A stretch of DNA of 45,655 nucleotides from a virus. Both the position numbers and the translations under genes were made by a program. The notes beneath the pieces are model-generated. The model searched no databases, was not told the DNA's origin, and saw only the letters and a program-made list of their open reading frames with translations. Each line of letters begins with the position of its first letter. The first letter of the stretch is position 1. Location: positions 1 to 45,655 of the IMG/VR virus record IMGVR_UViG_3300045988_062028, one strand, 5' to 3'. Positions 18,759 to 27,544 of the stretch are shown piece after piece.

Positions 18759-18834
18759 ATCTTCGCACTCCCCTTTTTAGTGATTAAATGTAAAAACAGA
18801 ACATCATTGTGATGTGAACCCTGTTTTTTATTAT

Positions 18835-19164
18835 TTACCTCCGATTTGGCTTTTCCCGCCAGTGTATCATCTTGTACAGCCAGCCGTGCGAATTTTCCCA
18901 TTCCAGCGTTTCGAGCATCTTGTCAAGTGACGATTTCGGCGGCGGAGATGGAAAAATATTTGTGCAACACATCGCCGACAGCATTTGCTCATCGTGCGTG
19001 ATCGGAATTGGCTGCATAAAGCAGCTCGGGAATGGGACAAACTGCTGTCTTCGCTGAATCCGATCTTCCAGCAGCTCAATCTCTCTTTGCAGTCTTCGGA
19101 TGTTTTCTTGCCGAAGTTCTTCATAGCGTTCCTCGGCTGTCTTTTGAGTTTGCTGTTTCTCCAT
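18835..19164 (-). CDS. Hypothetical coiled-coil protein (109 aa)
   Basis: MEKQQTQKTAEERYEELRQENIRRLQREIELLEDR...; start trimmed from the track ORF. Confidence 0.45.
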   Translation of the reverse strand: MEKQQTQKTAEERYEELRQENIRRLQREIELLEDRIQRRQQFVPFPSCFMQPIPITHDEQMLSAMCCTNIFPSPPPKSSLDKMLETLEWENSHGWLYKMIHWREKPNRR

Positions 19165-19413
19165 GCCGCAAACCCTCTCTGCACATCTTCCTGAATCAGC
19201 ATAAGCAACGCCGCTCCCACTCTGCGTCCCTGTTGCGTTGCGTCCCCGATCTGTGCCGGAGGTAAAGCACAAATCACCCCAAAACAAAAGCCGTGACGTT
19301 CGCCGCGGCTTTGCTGCTGATTATAGCCCAGCGTCCTGCGCTTTGCGCTCTTCGCTGATTTTAATGTTATCACACGGTCGCACTCTATGTGTAGCTCCGA
19401 CCGTTCTATAAGT

Positions 19414-19845
19414 CTACTGCAAGTCGCCTATAATCTCCCTCTTGTACGCCCAGCCCGTGCTTTCAGCAAGCCCTTGACGTGCCGTTGCCTCAGTGACGGA
19501 CAATCCCTCGATAAAATACGCCTTGCAAAACTCTCGCACTCGGCTGACCTTCTCAAGCGTTTCGATTTGCAGCACAATCTTGTCGATCACCTCAAGCGCG
19601 GCAGAAATTGCCGTAAGATAGGCCATGCTTGCGGCTTGCAGCGCCTCGAAAGCCTTGTCACGCCGTATGACATAGGCTTCAAGCCCTGCACCGCTGGACG
19701 AGCCAGACGGCATGCCCGTGAGCTTCTGTGCCGTCAGATAGGCGGCTTTCTCTTCCTCGTAGGCTTCCTCCGTCCTCACATACGCCTTGCGCTTTTTCCG
19801 CGTGTCAAGCAGCGTGCGCTTGTCCGCTTCTGTCAACTGCATCAT
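19414..19845 (-). CDS. Putative late-gene transcription regulator (ArpU/DUF1492-like, sigma region-4-like HTH)
   Basis: C-terminal ..FIEGLSVTEATARQGLAESTGWAYKREI.. HTH; last gene before the packaging module. Confidence 0.45.
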   Translation of the reverse strand: MMQLTEADKRTLLDTRKKRKAYVRTEEAYEEEKAAYLTAQKLTGMPSGSSSGAGLEAYVIRRDKAFEALQAASMAYLTAISAALEVIDKIVLQIETLEKVSRVREFCKAYFIEGLSVTEATARQGLAESTGWAYKREIIGDLQ

Positions 19846-20042
19846 TAACCTCCTTTTTGCGCCTTTCTCTGAAACTTCAACCAGCGCTCATGACTGCGCT
19901 TTTTGCCCGTGCCTTCTATACAAGCTGTGTAGCGGTTTTCCAGCGCCGTCTTCCTGCCGTCCGCATACGCCTTATATCTCTCGCATCCCGCGTGACAGCC
20001 AACCTCGCGGCTCGTACAGTCGCGGCATGGCGCGTCATTCAC
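19845..20042 (-). CDS. Cys-rich small protein (65 aa)
   Basis: CRDC..C..GC motif; GTGA overlap with the upstream stop. Confidence 0.4.
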   Translation of the reverse strand: MNDAPCRDCTSREVGCHAGCERYKAYADGRKTALENRYTACIEGTGKKRSHERWLKFQRKAQKGG

Positions 20043-20218
20043 GGCTTTCTCGCCTCTCTTTCCCAAGTCTCAATACTCCTTCGTGGGACTATCGCGGTAT
20101 ATATTTTCCCGCATTTCTCGCAAACGTTTGTGAAGGTATAATTTTCTTCATCGTGCTTCACCTTGAGCCGCGCGTCTGAATACATATGTCGGCAGAGCTT
20201 CCGCCTGATTCGCGTCAT
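20039..20218 (-). CDS. Small zinc-ribbon-like protein (59 aa)
   Basis: C..H...CEKC pattern; start overlaps the previous stop (TGATG). Confidence 0.45.
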   Translation of the reverse strand: MTRIRRKLCRHMYSDARLKVKHDEENYTFTNVCEKCGKIYTAIVPRRSIETWEREARKP

Positions 20219-20703
20219 CAGCTTTCCCACGGTGTTTCCCGCCTTTCCGCTTCCGTCGGTTTGCGTAGCCAGCAGCGCCATTCTTTCCCGTACAAAATTC
20301 CCATCGTCACAAGAAGCTTGCTCACAAAATCCATTTTACGGGTCTCTCTAACTGGCGCAATCAGCACCCATCCGTTTGTGCCTCCGTCAAACTCCACCCA
20401 CAGCGGCGCAGCATCCGCGCCGCCTTCGCAATATGCTTTCAGCTCTTCCATCGTCAGCACGCAGTTTTTCGGCTCGGCGCGGCGCGACGACACAGCTTGT
20501 AGCCGTTCTATGATTTCGTCATTCGCCGTGTCTCCGGGAAACTCTATGCGCGGCGATGTGCTTCCACACGTCACACACCGATACTGCCCAGATAAAAGCT
20601 CCCACTCGGGCGTAATCAGAGAGACGTGGATATGCATCCTGTCTCCACAATATGGGCATTTAGGCGTTTCGCTTATCGTTTTCCGGCTGATGTAATCACT
20701 CAT
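20218..20703 (-). CDS. Hypothetical zinc-ribbon protein (161 aa)
   Basis: CPYC...CVTC; SD GGAGGA; ATGA overlap with the ASCH gene. Confidence 0.5.
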   Translation of the reverse strand: MSDYISRKTISETPKCPYCGDRMHIHVSLITPEWELLSGQYRCVTCGSTSPRIEFPGDTANDEIIERLQAVSSRRAEPKNCVLTMEELKAYCEGGADAAPLWVEFDGGTNGWVLIAPVRETRKMDFVSKLLVTMGILYGKEWRCWLRKPTEAERRETPWES

Positions 20704-21269
20704 TTCAATTCCTCCACATAGCACCAACTCTGGGGCGGGCGTTTGATTTCAACAGGCGCATATCCAAATTTCGTTTTCCGCAACCCCATAAATTCGCTCA
20801 GCGGTTTCGGCGTATCGTAGATTTCCATTTTTGAAATGTGCCACTTGTACAAATCATTGCAATTCCACCATTTTTTGCCTTTCCACCCTGCATAATCTTT
20901 AATCTGCTCTGATGTTAGGCTAGTCCCCAGCAAGGCTTTTTCTGCATCTTCCTTTACGATAAAACTTTCTGCCATAAGTGGGCGGATATTGTCACACACA
21001 AACTCCCCGGCAACATGCCCGTTGAAAACGTCCCAGATTCTATCTGCTCCTGCTCTGCCATACCCCGAAAGACGGGTAACCTCCGTAACCCAATCGCCCC
21101 GGAAAACATCACCCAGCACAAGGAACGGCCTTGTGTTTGTGCAGTATATATAGCACTTGAAAGGCGTGTCCAAATATGGCTTTGTCTTGCGAACCTCGAT
21201 TGTCTTCCACCCGTTGGCAATCTTCTCCACCCACTCCGGGCGGATGCTGATAAGTACCGCTTTAGCCAT
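20700..21269 (-). CDS. ASCH (PUA-like) domain protein (189 aa)
   Basis: N-terminal ..ISIRPEWVEKIANGWKTIEVRK.. ASCH signature. Confidence 0.6.
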   Translation of the reverse strand: MAKAVLISIRPEWVEKIANGWKTIEVRKTKPYLDTPFKCYIYCTNTRPFLVLGDVFRGDWVTEVTRLSGYGRAGADRIWDVFNGHVAGEFVCDNIRPLMAESFIVKEDAEKALLGTSLTSEQIKDYAGWKGKKWWNCNDLYKWHISKMEIYDTPKPLSEFMGLRKTKFGYAPVEIKRPPQSWCYVEELK

Positions 21270-21597
21270 GTTCAGCCTCCCTCCGTTTCCGCTCCTTCTC
21301 GATCTCCGCCGCCAGCTTTTCCAGCATGTCGGCGGCTTGCCGCTTTACATAGTCGTTGCAGCCGCCGTCTGATTCCTCGATATACCCGCACGGGCAACCC
21401 TCGCACGTCGTCGTCCTCCCCGCGCAAATCCTCAGCGCAGTCACCAGTTCCTCGGCGTTCATCTCCGGCTTCGGCTTTTTCTCTTCCGCATACCTGCACA
21501 CCTCCGGGCGTTCGCTCGTCGGACACACATCGCCGCGATACGGACAATCGCCATTGGTGCAAACACCTTCAAACTCGGCGTACCATTTACATTTCAT
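21262..21597 (-). CDS. Cys-rich hypothetical protein (111 aa)
   Basis: Many Cys residues (CKW..C..GDCPYRGDVC...C); overlaps both neighbouring genes. Confidence 0.5.
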   Translation of the reverse strand: MKCKWYAEFEGVCTNGDCPYRGDVCPTSERPEVCRYAEEKKPKPEMNAEELVTALRICAGRTTTCEGCPCGYIEESDGGCNDYVKRQAADMLEKLAAEIEKERKRREAEHG

Positions 21598-23098
21598 CTG
21601 TCATTCCCTCCATCACGTAAAGCACGCACGGCAGCGCCATGCCGTTACCCCACATCTTGTATCGCGCCGAATCGCTCCCGTCTACGCCGTCCTCCCACCA
21701 GTCCGGGAAACCCTGCAACCGACAGCATTCAAGCGGCGTCAGCCTGCGGACGATGTAGTGCCATAATCTTTTGAGCAACACCGCCTGCTGGTCGTGCATA
21801 CAGTTCAGCGCGCCCGCCTTGTCGCTCATGCTCATCTGGTTTAACTGGCCGTTGCCCACAACGAGAGCCGTATAGTCCGTCACCCGGCTTTCGTGGTCTC
21901 CTGTCAGCGTCGGCACAATTTCCCCATCGCCGTTCCCTCCTGCATCATATGCAACGATGTCCCTTGGCTCGACGGCTAAGTGCGCAAGCAGCGTTGACCC
22001 GATTTCGCTTTCCACGTACTCGCCGCGCTTTGGGTTTTGATATACGACCGGGTTTTGATAATTTAAGCTGTACCCGCCGTTTTCTTTGGCTTGCAGCGTC
22101 CCGCTGATTTCCTCGGTCAGCCGCAGGTTTCGGCAGTCCGCCGCGCAAACCACCACGTTTCCGCCCTGATTGCATTCCGGCGTGTCAACCCATGTGTCGA
22201 GCGTCCGCGTCACATCGCGCTCGCGGAAGCAGCTGTCCGGCGCCGGGCTTTTCATGCTGTTGCTTGTCGCGCCCGTGATGTCGTAAACCACGCCGACCGT
22301 CGCCTGACGCTGCGCGCCGATACAGGGACTTACTCTTCCAGAGATTGGGTCTTGTTGCAGATGGAACGCTCGACAGTCTCCACCAGCGCTTCCCACAGCA
22401 TCGCCGGAATCTTCTTGCCGCGCTTCTCCGCACGCTTTAAAATCCCCAAGCAGGCCATCGCGCTTAAAGAGTATTTCTCCGGCGCGTCCGCCTGCAAAAT
22501 CGCAGACAAGGAAGATTCTTTTGCGTCTTTGGGGCACGCCCCAGTATTGGGCGTCCAGCACGCGCCAGGCAATCGAGTAACCGTCTCCCACGATACATCC
22601 GGCGTTTCGCCAAACAAGCTTGTCTGTCTTTCCCCTCCGTGCAAGTTCAGGCACATCAGCTCTGCCTCCGCCTGCGGCCTCGGCAAACGCTCGCAAAACT
22701 TCGAGGAAGTCCCGTCCCTGATTGCTTGAAAACGCGCCCGGCACGTTCTCCCAGACGGCGTATCTTGGATATTTTCCATTCGTGGCCTCCTTCATTTCGC
22801 ATATGATTCGTATTGCATCAAAAAACAGGACGCTCCGTTCGCCCTCCACAAGCCCCTTCTGCGCCCCTGCCTCGCTCAAATCCTGACAGGGGCTGCCGAA
22901 GGTGACGATATCCACTGGCTCAATTTCCGCGCCGCTGATCTTCGTGATGTCGCCGAGGTGGCGCATGCCGGGGAAGTTCTTTCTCGTCACCCGGATGGGG
23001 TACGGCTCGATCTCGCTTGCCCAGACAGGCGTAATGCCGCAAAGTGTCGCCGCCAGCGGGCAAGTGCCAGAGCCGTCAAACAGGCTACCCAGCGTCAT
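21587..23098 (-). CDS. dcm: DNA cytosine-5 methyltransferase (503 aa)
   Basis: Motifs FDGSG, FGSPCQDLS, WENVPG, QRRKRIF and the C-terminal GNG. Confidence 0.9.
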   Translation of the reverse strand: MTLGSLFDGSGTCPLAATLCGITPVWASEIEPYPIRVTRKNFPGMRHLGDITKISGAEIEPVDIVTFGSPCQDLSEAGAQKGLVEGERSVLFFDAIRIICEMKEATNGKYPRYAVWENVPGAFSSNQGRDFLEVLRAFAEAAGGGRADVPELARRGKTDKLVWRNAGCIVGDGYSIAWRVLDAQYWGVPQRRKRIFLVCDFAGGRAGEILFKRDGLLGDFKACGEARQEDSGDAVGSAGGDCRAFHLQQDPISGRVSPCIGAQRQATVGVVYDITGATSNSMKSPAPDSCFRERDVTRTLDTWVDTPECNQGGNVVVCAADCRNLRLTEEISGTLQAKENGGYSLNYQNPVVYQNPKRGEYVESEIGSTLLAHLAVEPRDIVAYDAGGNGDGEIVPTLTGDHESRVTDYTALVVGNGQLNQMSMSDKAGALNCMHDQQAVLLKRLWHYIVRRLTPLECCRLQGFPDWWEDGVDGSDSARYKMWGNGMALPCVLYVMEGMTDEM

Positions 23099-23463
23099 TT
23101 CCCGTGCCTCCACTCTCTCCCTCGGATGATCTCCATCTTCTCCCGCACCGCCTTGTCAATGTCGATGCCCAGATACCCGGCGGCAGACAGCGCCGTGATG
23201 ATAACGTCCGCCAGCTCCTCGACGAAGTGATCTGTGTCTTCCGTCGCAAAGATAAGTTCGCGAATTTCCATCGAAACGAACAAAGTAGCAATCGCGTTCT
23301 TTCTAGTTTCGTCGTTGTTTGCGTAAGTAATCACGTCAGCTATGCCGCTTTTTCTGAAATCCTCATTTGTTGCTATCAGCTTCCAAATATGTGCTTCATC
23401 CCACAGCCCATGTTTCACCGCGTCATCGTAGATTTCATTCCGCAATTCGTTCAAATCGTTCAT
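23095..23463 (-). CDS. MazG-like nucleotide pyrophosphohydrolase (122 aa)
   Basis: ..EELADVIITALSAAGYLGIDIDKAVREKMEI.. MazG-type helix pair. Confidence 0.5.
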   Translation of the reverse strand: MNDLNELRNEIYDDAVKHGLWDEAHIWKLIATNEDFRKSGIADVITYANNDETRKNAIATLFVSMEIRELIFATEDTDHFVEELADVIITALSAAGYLGIDIDKAVREKMEIIRGREWRHGK

Positions 23464-23890
23464 CTCTCGACCCTCCTCTAAAAATAACCACCATCGACGG
23501 AAAAGGCGCAGAGGTTTTCGCATCGCCAAACTTGATCCGCCCTTTCAAAAACCTAATTTCCGCCTGATGATAAATGTAGCCGTGAAAGGCTCGCGTGTCT
23601 GTTCTCGCGGGAATGAGCATCACCACCAGCGCGCCATTCTCTGCCTCGTCATGCGCTTTCTTGATCCACTTCGGAAGTTCTCGCCCGTAGGGTGGATTGC
23701 AAAACACCCTTTTGCCCCCCCAATTTTGGGAAAGCCCGTCCTCTACCTTGGTGAAGTGCTCCGCGCATTTCGCGTTCTCGTGTGTGCAGCACGGGTCAAG
23801 GTTGAAATGGAACTCCGCGTCCAGCTCGTCAAAAAGAGCCTGCGGCGTTGCCCACTCGACGGATGCGCTTGAAAATAAACAGCTATTCAC
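23435..23890 (-). CDS. dam: Phage N6-adenine DNA methyltransferase (151 aa)
   Basis: FCNPPYG catalytic motif; GTG start 7 nt after GGGAGG. Confidence 0.8.
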   Translation of the reverse strand: MNSCLFSSASVEWATPQALFDELDAEFHFNLDPCCTHENAKCAEHFTKVEDGLSQNWGGKRVFCNPPYGRELPKWIKKAHDEAENGALVVMLIPARTDTRAFHGYIYHQAEIRFLKGRIKFGDAKTSAPFPSMVVIFRGGSRDERFERIAE

Positions 23891-23903
23891 GTCTAAACCT
23901 CCC

Positions 23904-24359
23904 TCAAAACGGCAGTTCTTCATCGTCCACCTGCGTGAACCCGCCAAAATCATTGTGCGGTTGCGGCGCATAGGCCGTCCCGCTGTCTTTGCTCGCCGCC
24001 GTCGTGTATGCCCCCGGCGCGCTCTGCGTGCTGCTCTGCTGATTCTGCGGCGCCAGGAACTCCACCTCGTCGGCGACGATATCCCACGCCGTCCGCTTGC
24101 TTCCGTCCTTCGCCTCGTAGGTTCGGGTCTGGATGCTTCCCGTCACGGCAACCTTGCGCCCTTTGGCAAGATACTTGCCGCACAGCTCGGCCAACTGCCG
24201 CCACGCGACGATGTTCAGAAAATCCGTTTCCTGTTCGCCGCTCGCGTTTTTAAAGCGCCGATTGACCGCAATCGAGAAGTTACAAACCGCAACGCCGGAC
24301 TGCGTGGATCGCATTTCCGGGTCGCGGGTCAGATTGCCGATCAGAAAAACCTTGTTCAT
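23904..24359 (-). CDS. ssb: Single-stranded DNA-binding protein (151 aa)
   Basis: MNKVFLIGNLTRDPE..., an OB fold, and the acidic tip DDEELPF. Confidence 0.95.
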   Translation of the reverse strand: MNKVFLIGNLTRDPEMRSTQSGVAVCNFSIAVNRRFKNASGEQETDFLNIVAWRQLAELCGKYLAKGRKVAVTGSIQTRTYEAKDGSKRTAWDIVADEVEFLAPQNQQSSTQSAPGAYTTAASKDSGTAYAPQPHNDFGGFTQVDDEELPF

Positions 24360-24730
24360 GCTTTTCCCTCCAAGTATTTTTTTATGCATTCCGCAGCTTC
24401 GCACCATCCCCGGCACACCGCCGCGCAATAGCCTTGTTTTTGCAAGTCATGCAGCCATAGCTTTTGGCAATCGCTGACCGTTCCGCCCTTCGTGCGCTTC
24501 ATCTCGACGAAAAGCCCGTGAAACTCTCCGCGCGGGACGGGTAGGAAGATGTCAGGCACTCCGCTTTTCAGCCCTTCGGCCTTCATCCTGCCGCCCGTCA
24601 TCCAGCTTCGCTTCCCCTCGTTGGGGATGTGGAACATCAGCGCCAATTCCGGGTACTTCCCGCATTGCATCGCTGCCCAGTGAAAGAGGGTCTGCTGCTC
24701 TTCGGATTCAGTCGGCACTTGCTTTTTCAT
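24356..24730 (-). CDS. VRR-NUC domain nuclease (124 aa)
   Basis: PD-(D/E)xK signature GVPDIFL...LFVEMK. Confidence 0.7.
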   Translation of the reverse strand: MKKQVPTESEEQQTLFHWAAMQCGKYPELALMFHIPNEGKRSWMTGGRMKAEGLKSGVPDIFLPVPRGEFHGLFVEMKRTKGGTVSDCQKLWLHDLQKQGYCAAVCRGWCEAAECIKKYLEGKA

Positions 24731-24742
24731 GCTTTTCCTCCG

Positions 24743-25549
24743 TCAGCATAGCGTCATCGCCTCCTGAACAGGCGGCCGCTTTTTCTCCGGCTTTTCGGGC
24801 GCATATTTATTCAAAAAGTAAATCTGTCCCTTCGGCGTGATGACGGTCGTCGAGCTGATAAACGTCTTTTCTGCGCTGCTGACCGTCCGCTCGATGCTCC
24901 GCATCAGCCCCATGTCCACGCTTCTCTGTGTCGGTGCGTTCTGGTCTTTGGCGTTGGCCTTAATCACAAAGCCGTCGCGCCGCAGCAGATCGTACAGCCT
25001 CTTTTCCCCGGTGTCGTATCCCCTCTGCACCATCAGCTTCGCGAGCTGCCGGACGAGAATATCCCCTTCCGCCTTCTCCACCGTCTCGGCGAACAGCACC
25101 TTCGGAGCGTCGGCCTGAATCTTCGCGTTCGCCGCTTCGAGCTGTTTGTTCCGCTCGGCAATCTTGCGCTATGCAACCATCAGAGCGTTGGCTAAGAGCT
25201 GGTCGTCGTCCATCATCTCCTGACCGGCAATGTAGCCACCGGTCTTGCGGATGCTCGGGATGACCTCGTCAAACACCCAGCTCTCAAATTTCTCCGCTTC
25301 CGGGAGCTTGCTGTGGGTGATAAGGCGATAAACGTCGCCCTCTGGGATGAAATTGATTTCCTGCATCTTGCCGCTGATAGGGGTACTGTGTTTCACCGTA
25401 GCCCTGCAATGCGCGGCAATCGCATCATTAGGCCGTGCATATCCCAGCGCCTTGGCCACATCCGAGCCGCAAAATAGCGTCCTTCCGTCCTCCTCCAGCA
25501 CTCGCACCGTGCCGAACTCATCCTTGCGGAAAATCGTCACATCGTTCAT
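24743..25549 (-). pseudogene. Bro-N / KilAC(ANT) antirepressor interrupted by one in-frame TAG at 25169-25171
   Basis: Track ORFs 25169..25567 (Bro-N) and 24743..25099 (KilAC-like ..ILVRQLAKLMVQRGYDTGEKRLYDLLRRDGF..) are in the same frame. All codons between them were read and the TAG is the only stop. Confidence 0.75.
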
Positions 25550-25563
25550 GGTCTGTTCCTCCG

Positions 25564-26811
25564 TCATTGCATTTCTGAAAATCTCATGGTCGCGCCGTCA
25601 AAATACAGCGTAATCCTTCCGCATCGACCGCCCCGATTTTTGTCCAGAAACAGCTTCCTTTCCGGGTCGTCCTTGTCGTTCGGCGCATGCAGCAGGAGTA
25701 CCGCGTCTGCGTCCTGCTCGATGCTGCCGGATTCGCGGAGGTCTGACAGTTTCGGCTCATCGTTCCGCTCGCTCGCGCGGTTGAGCTGCGAAGCGGTCAA
25801 AACCGGGATTTTTAGCTCCATCGCAAGCGCCTTTAATCCCCGCGTGACAACACCGACTGCTTCCGATCTGGTGCTTGTCTTCTGCCCTGCGTCGAGCAAC
25901 TGCAAGTAATCGACCACGATCAAATCCAGACCGCCATGTGCCCGTGTCCGCAGCGCCATTCGGCGGATATCCTGCACGGTTCGCGCCCGTTCGCTGATGC
26001 AGAACCTCTCTGACGGGATTTCCGCAAAGCTGTCAGCGACTTTGATGATCTCGTCTTCTGTCAGGTCGTGGCGTTCGATTTTGTCCACCGAGACGCCGCT
26101 TTTCTGCGCCACAACACGCCCGACGACCTCGTCCGCGCCCATCTCGCAAGATACCAACAGGATTTTTCTGCCTGCGTCCAGCGCTCGAACGGCCATATGC
26201 AGCAGGAGCGCAGACTTGCCGACGGAAGGCCGTGCGCCGACAACAATCAGCTTCCCTCCCGCAATCAGCAAGGATTGATCGAGCTTCGGAAACCCTGTCT
26301 TTGCGACCGGCTCGACCGCTCCGCTCGTGAGCCGTGTATAAAAGCCGCAAAGCGCGTCTGTGCCGCTGATAATGTCGCCGTCGTCTGTTTGTCTGCCCAA
26401 CTCGTTTAGACGCACCACCGCGCCGTTGAGCAACTCCGACGTGGATATCTCGCCATCGTTCGCGCTCTTGACTGTATCCAGGCACGTCTTGATAAGCGCT
26501 TTTCGCATTGCTGCTTCCCGGATATTCCGCGCCTGCTGTTCGGCAAGCGCCGTTGTGACGGTTTCCGTGGCGACGACGATAGCCTGTTCAAGGTCGTCGT
26601 CAGAAATCACGCCTTCAAGTGTCGGGATATCGCATGGACGACCTTGCTTCTCAAGCGCAAGCGCGGCCTCAAAAATTCGGCGGCAGAACGGGATTGTGAA
26701 CCATTCGGCTTTAAGCCCGGAATCGCTTGCCTTTGCATCGCCCTTGATGATTGCGCCGCAGAATTCGCGCTCAGAGATCTCTTTGGTGAGACTTTGGTAC
26801 GGATCGTCCAT
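25564..26811 (-). CDS. dnaB: Replicative DNA helicase (DnaB family, 415 aa)
   Basis: GARPSVGKSALLL (Walker A), SCEM, VVDYLQLL and SQLNRA motifs. Confidence 0.9.
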   Translation of the reverse strand: MDDPYQSLTKEISEREFCGAIIKGDAKASDSGLKAEWFTIPFCRRIFEAALALEKQGRPCDIPTLEGVISDDDLEQAIVVATETVTTALAEQQARNIREAAMRKALIKTCLDTVKSANDGEISTSELLNGAVVRLNELGRQTDDGDIISGTDALCGFYTRLTSGAVEPVAKTGFPKLDQSLLIAGGKLIVVGARPSVGKSALLLHMAVRALDAGRKILLVSCEMGADEVVGRVVAQKSGVSVDKIERHDLTEDEIIKVADSFAEIPSERFCISERARTVQDIRRMALRTRAHGGLDLIVVDYLQLLDAGQKTSTRSEAVGVVTRGLKALAMELKIPVLTASQLNRASERNDEPKLSDLRESGSIEQDADAVLLLHAPNDKDDPERKLFLDKNRGGRCGRITLYFDGATMRFSEMQ

Positions 26812-27544
26812 AGCTCATTCCTCCCACGCTGTCAGGCGGCTTTTCCGCCCACGTGTATCCTCGCTCTTTCTCCTTGCGAAGAATGCCCTCGACATACCGC
26901 CAACATCGGCTTTTTTCTGTCGCTCCTTGAGTTTTGTTTATAGCTTTCAGCAGATTTTCAGCTCCGTAATCATCCCTGAGTCTGTCCATCGCGTCAAAGT
27001 CGCCCGAAGCACTGGCGGGTAAACCCATGCGCTTTGCAGCAGCCTCCACGTCTGCCTGTTCTTCCCGCATTCGTCGCGGTTCGTCGTCCGTCACGTCGTC
27101 GTAGGGGTTTGGGGTTACGTAACCACCACCAATATTCTTTTCTTGTTCTTTTACTTGTTCTTGTTCTTGTATATACGCGTTTTGCTTGACGTTGCTTTCG
27201 TCTGCTTCCGGTTGCTTGGCTTTGCTTGGATTTGCTTGGCTTTGCTTCAATGTGCTTGCGTTTGCTTCCGTTTGCTTGACGTTGCTTTCGTCTGCTTCCG
27301 GTTGCTTGGCGCTTCCGCCTTTCTTCCCGCTTGCTTTCTTTGCTTCCAAGGATTCAGCGCACTGGTCGATTTTGAATTGAAGCGTATCCCAGACATACCA
27401 TTCCGGCGCGTTCTCACCAAACGTCGGCAACTCGCCACGGTAGGCATAGGCCATCATGGCCATAAAAAGCCGTCCGCGCTGTGCGTCATCATATCGTTTG
27501 AGAAGGACTTCGATGTCCGGGAAAACCTTCAGATAATCCAGCAT
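26771..27544 (-). CDS. DnaD-like replication protein / replisome organiser (257 aa)
   Basis: C-terminal ..WRYVEGILRKEKERG.. DnaD-type motif; directly upstream of DnaB; contains an internal 10-aa repeat region. Confidence 0.55.
   Translation of the reverse strand: MLDYLKVFPDIEVLLKRYDDAQRGRLFMAMMAYAYRGELPTFGENAPEWYVWDTLQFKIDQCAESLEAKKASGKKGGSAKQPEADESNVKQTEANASTLKQSQANPSKAKQPEADESNVKQNAYIQEQEQVKEQEKNIGGGYVTPNPYDDVTDDEPRRMREEQADVEAAAKRMGLPASASGDFDAMDRLRDDYGAENLLKAINKTQGATEKSRCWRYVEGILRKEKERGYTWAEKPPDSVGGMSYGRSVPKSHQRDL
27181..27310. repeat. 13 consecutive 10-bp units (consensus tTTGCTTsnn), candidate intragenic origin
   Basis: Exact 10-bp phasing. The 40-bp block 27181-27220 is repeated perfectly at 27271-27310. 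Confidence 0.85.

Noticed and set aside
19165-19413. A late promoter or pac site in the gap after the ArpU-like gene (a TATAAT on the minus strand near 19330 with no -35 box, and a hairpin AAGCCG-N12-CGGCTT)
   Set aside because: This is plausible for an activator-dependent late promoter. I can show only an isolated -10 hexamer and a weak hairpin, which is not enough to call a feature.
21587-23890. A restriction endonuclease partner for either methyltransferase
   Set aside because: Neighbouring ORFs are accounted for (MazG-like, a Cys-rich 111-aa protein, SSB). None shows PD-(D/E)xK or HNH motifs apart from the separate VRR-NUC gene, so the methyltransferases are treated as orphans.
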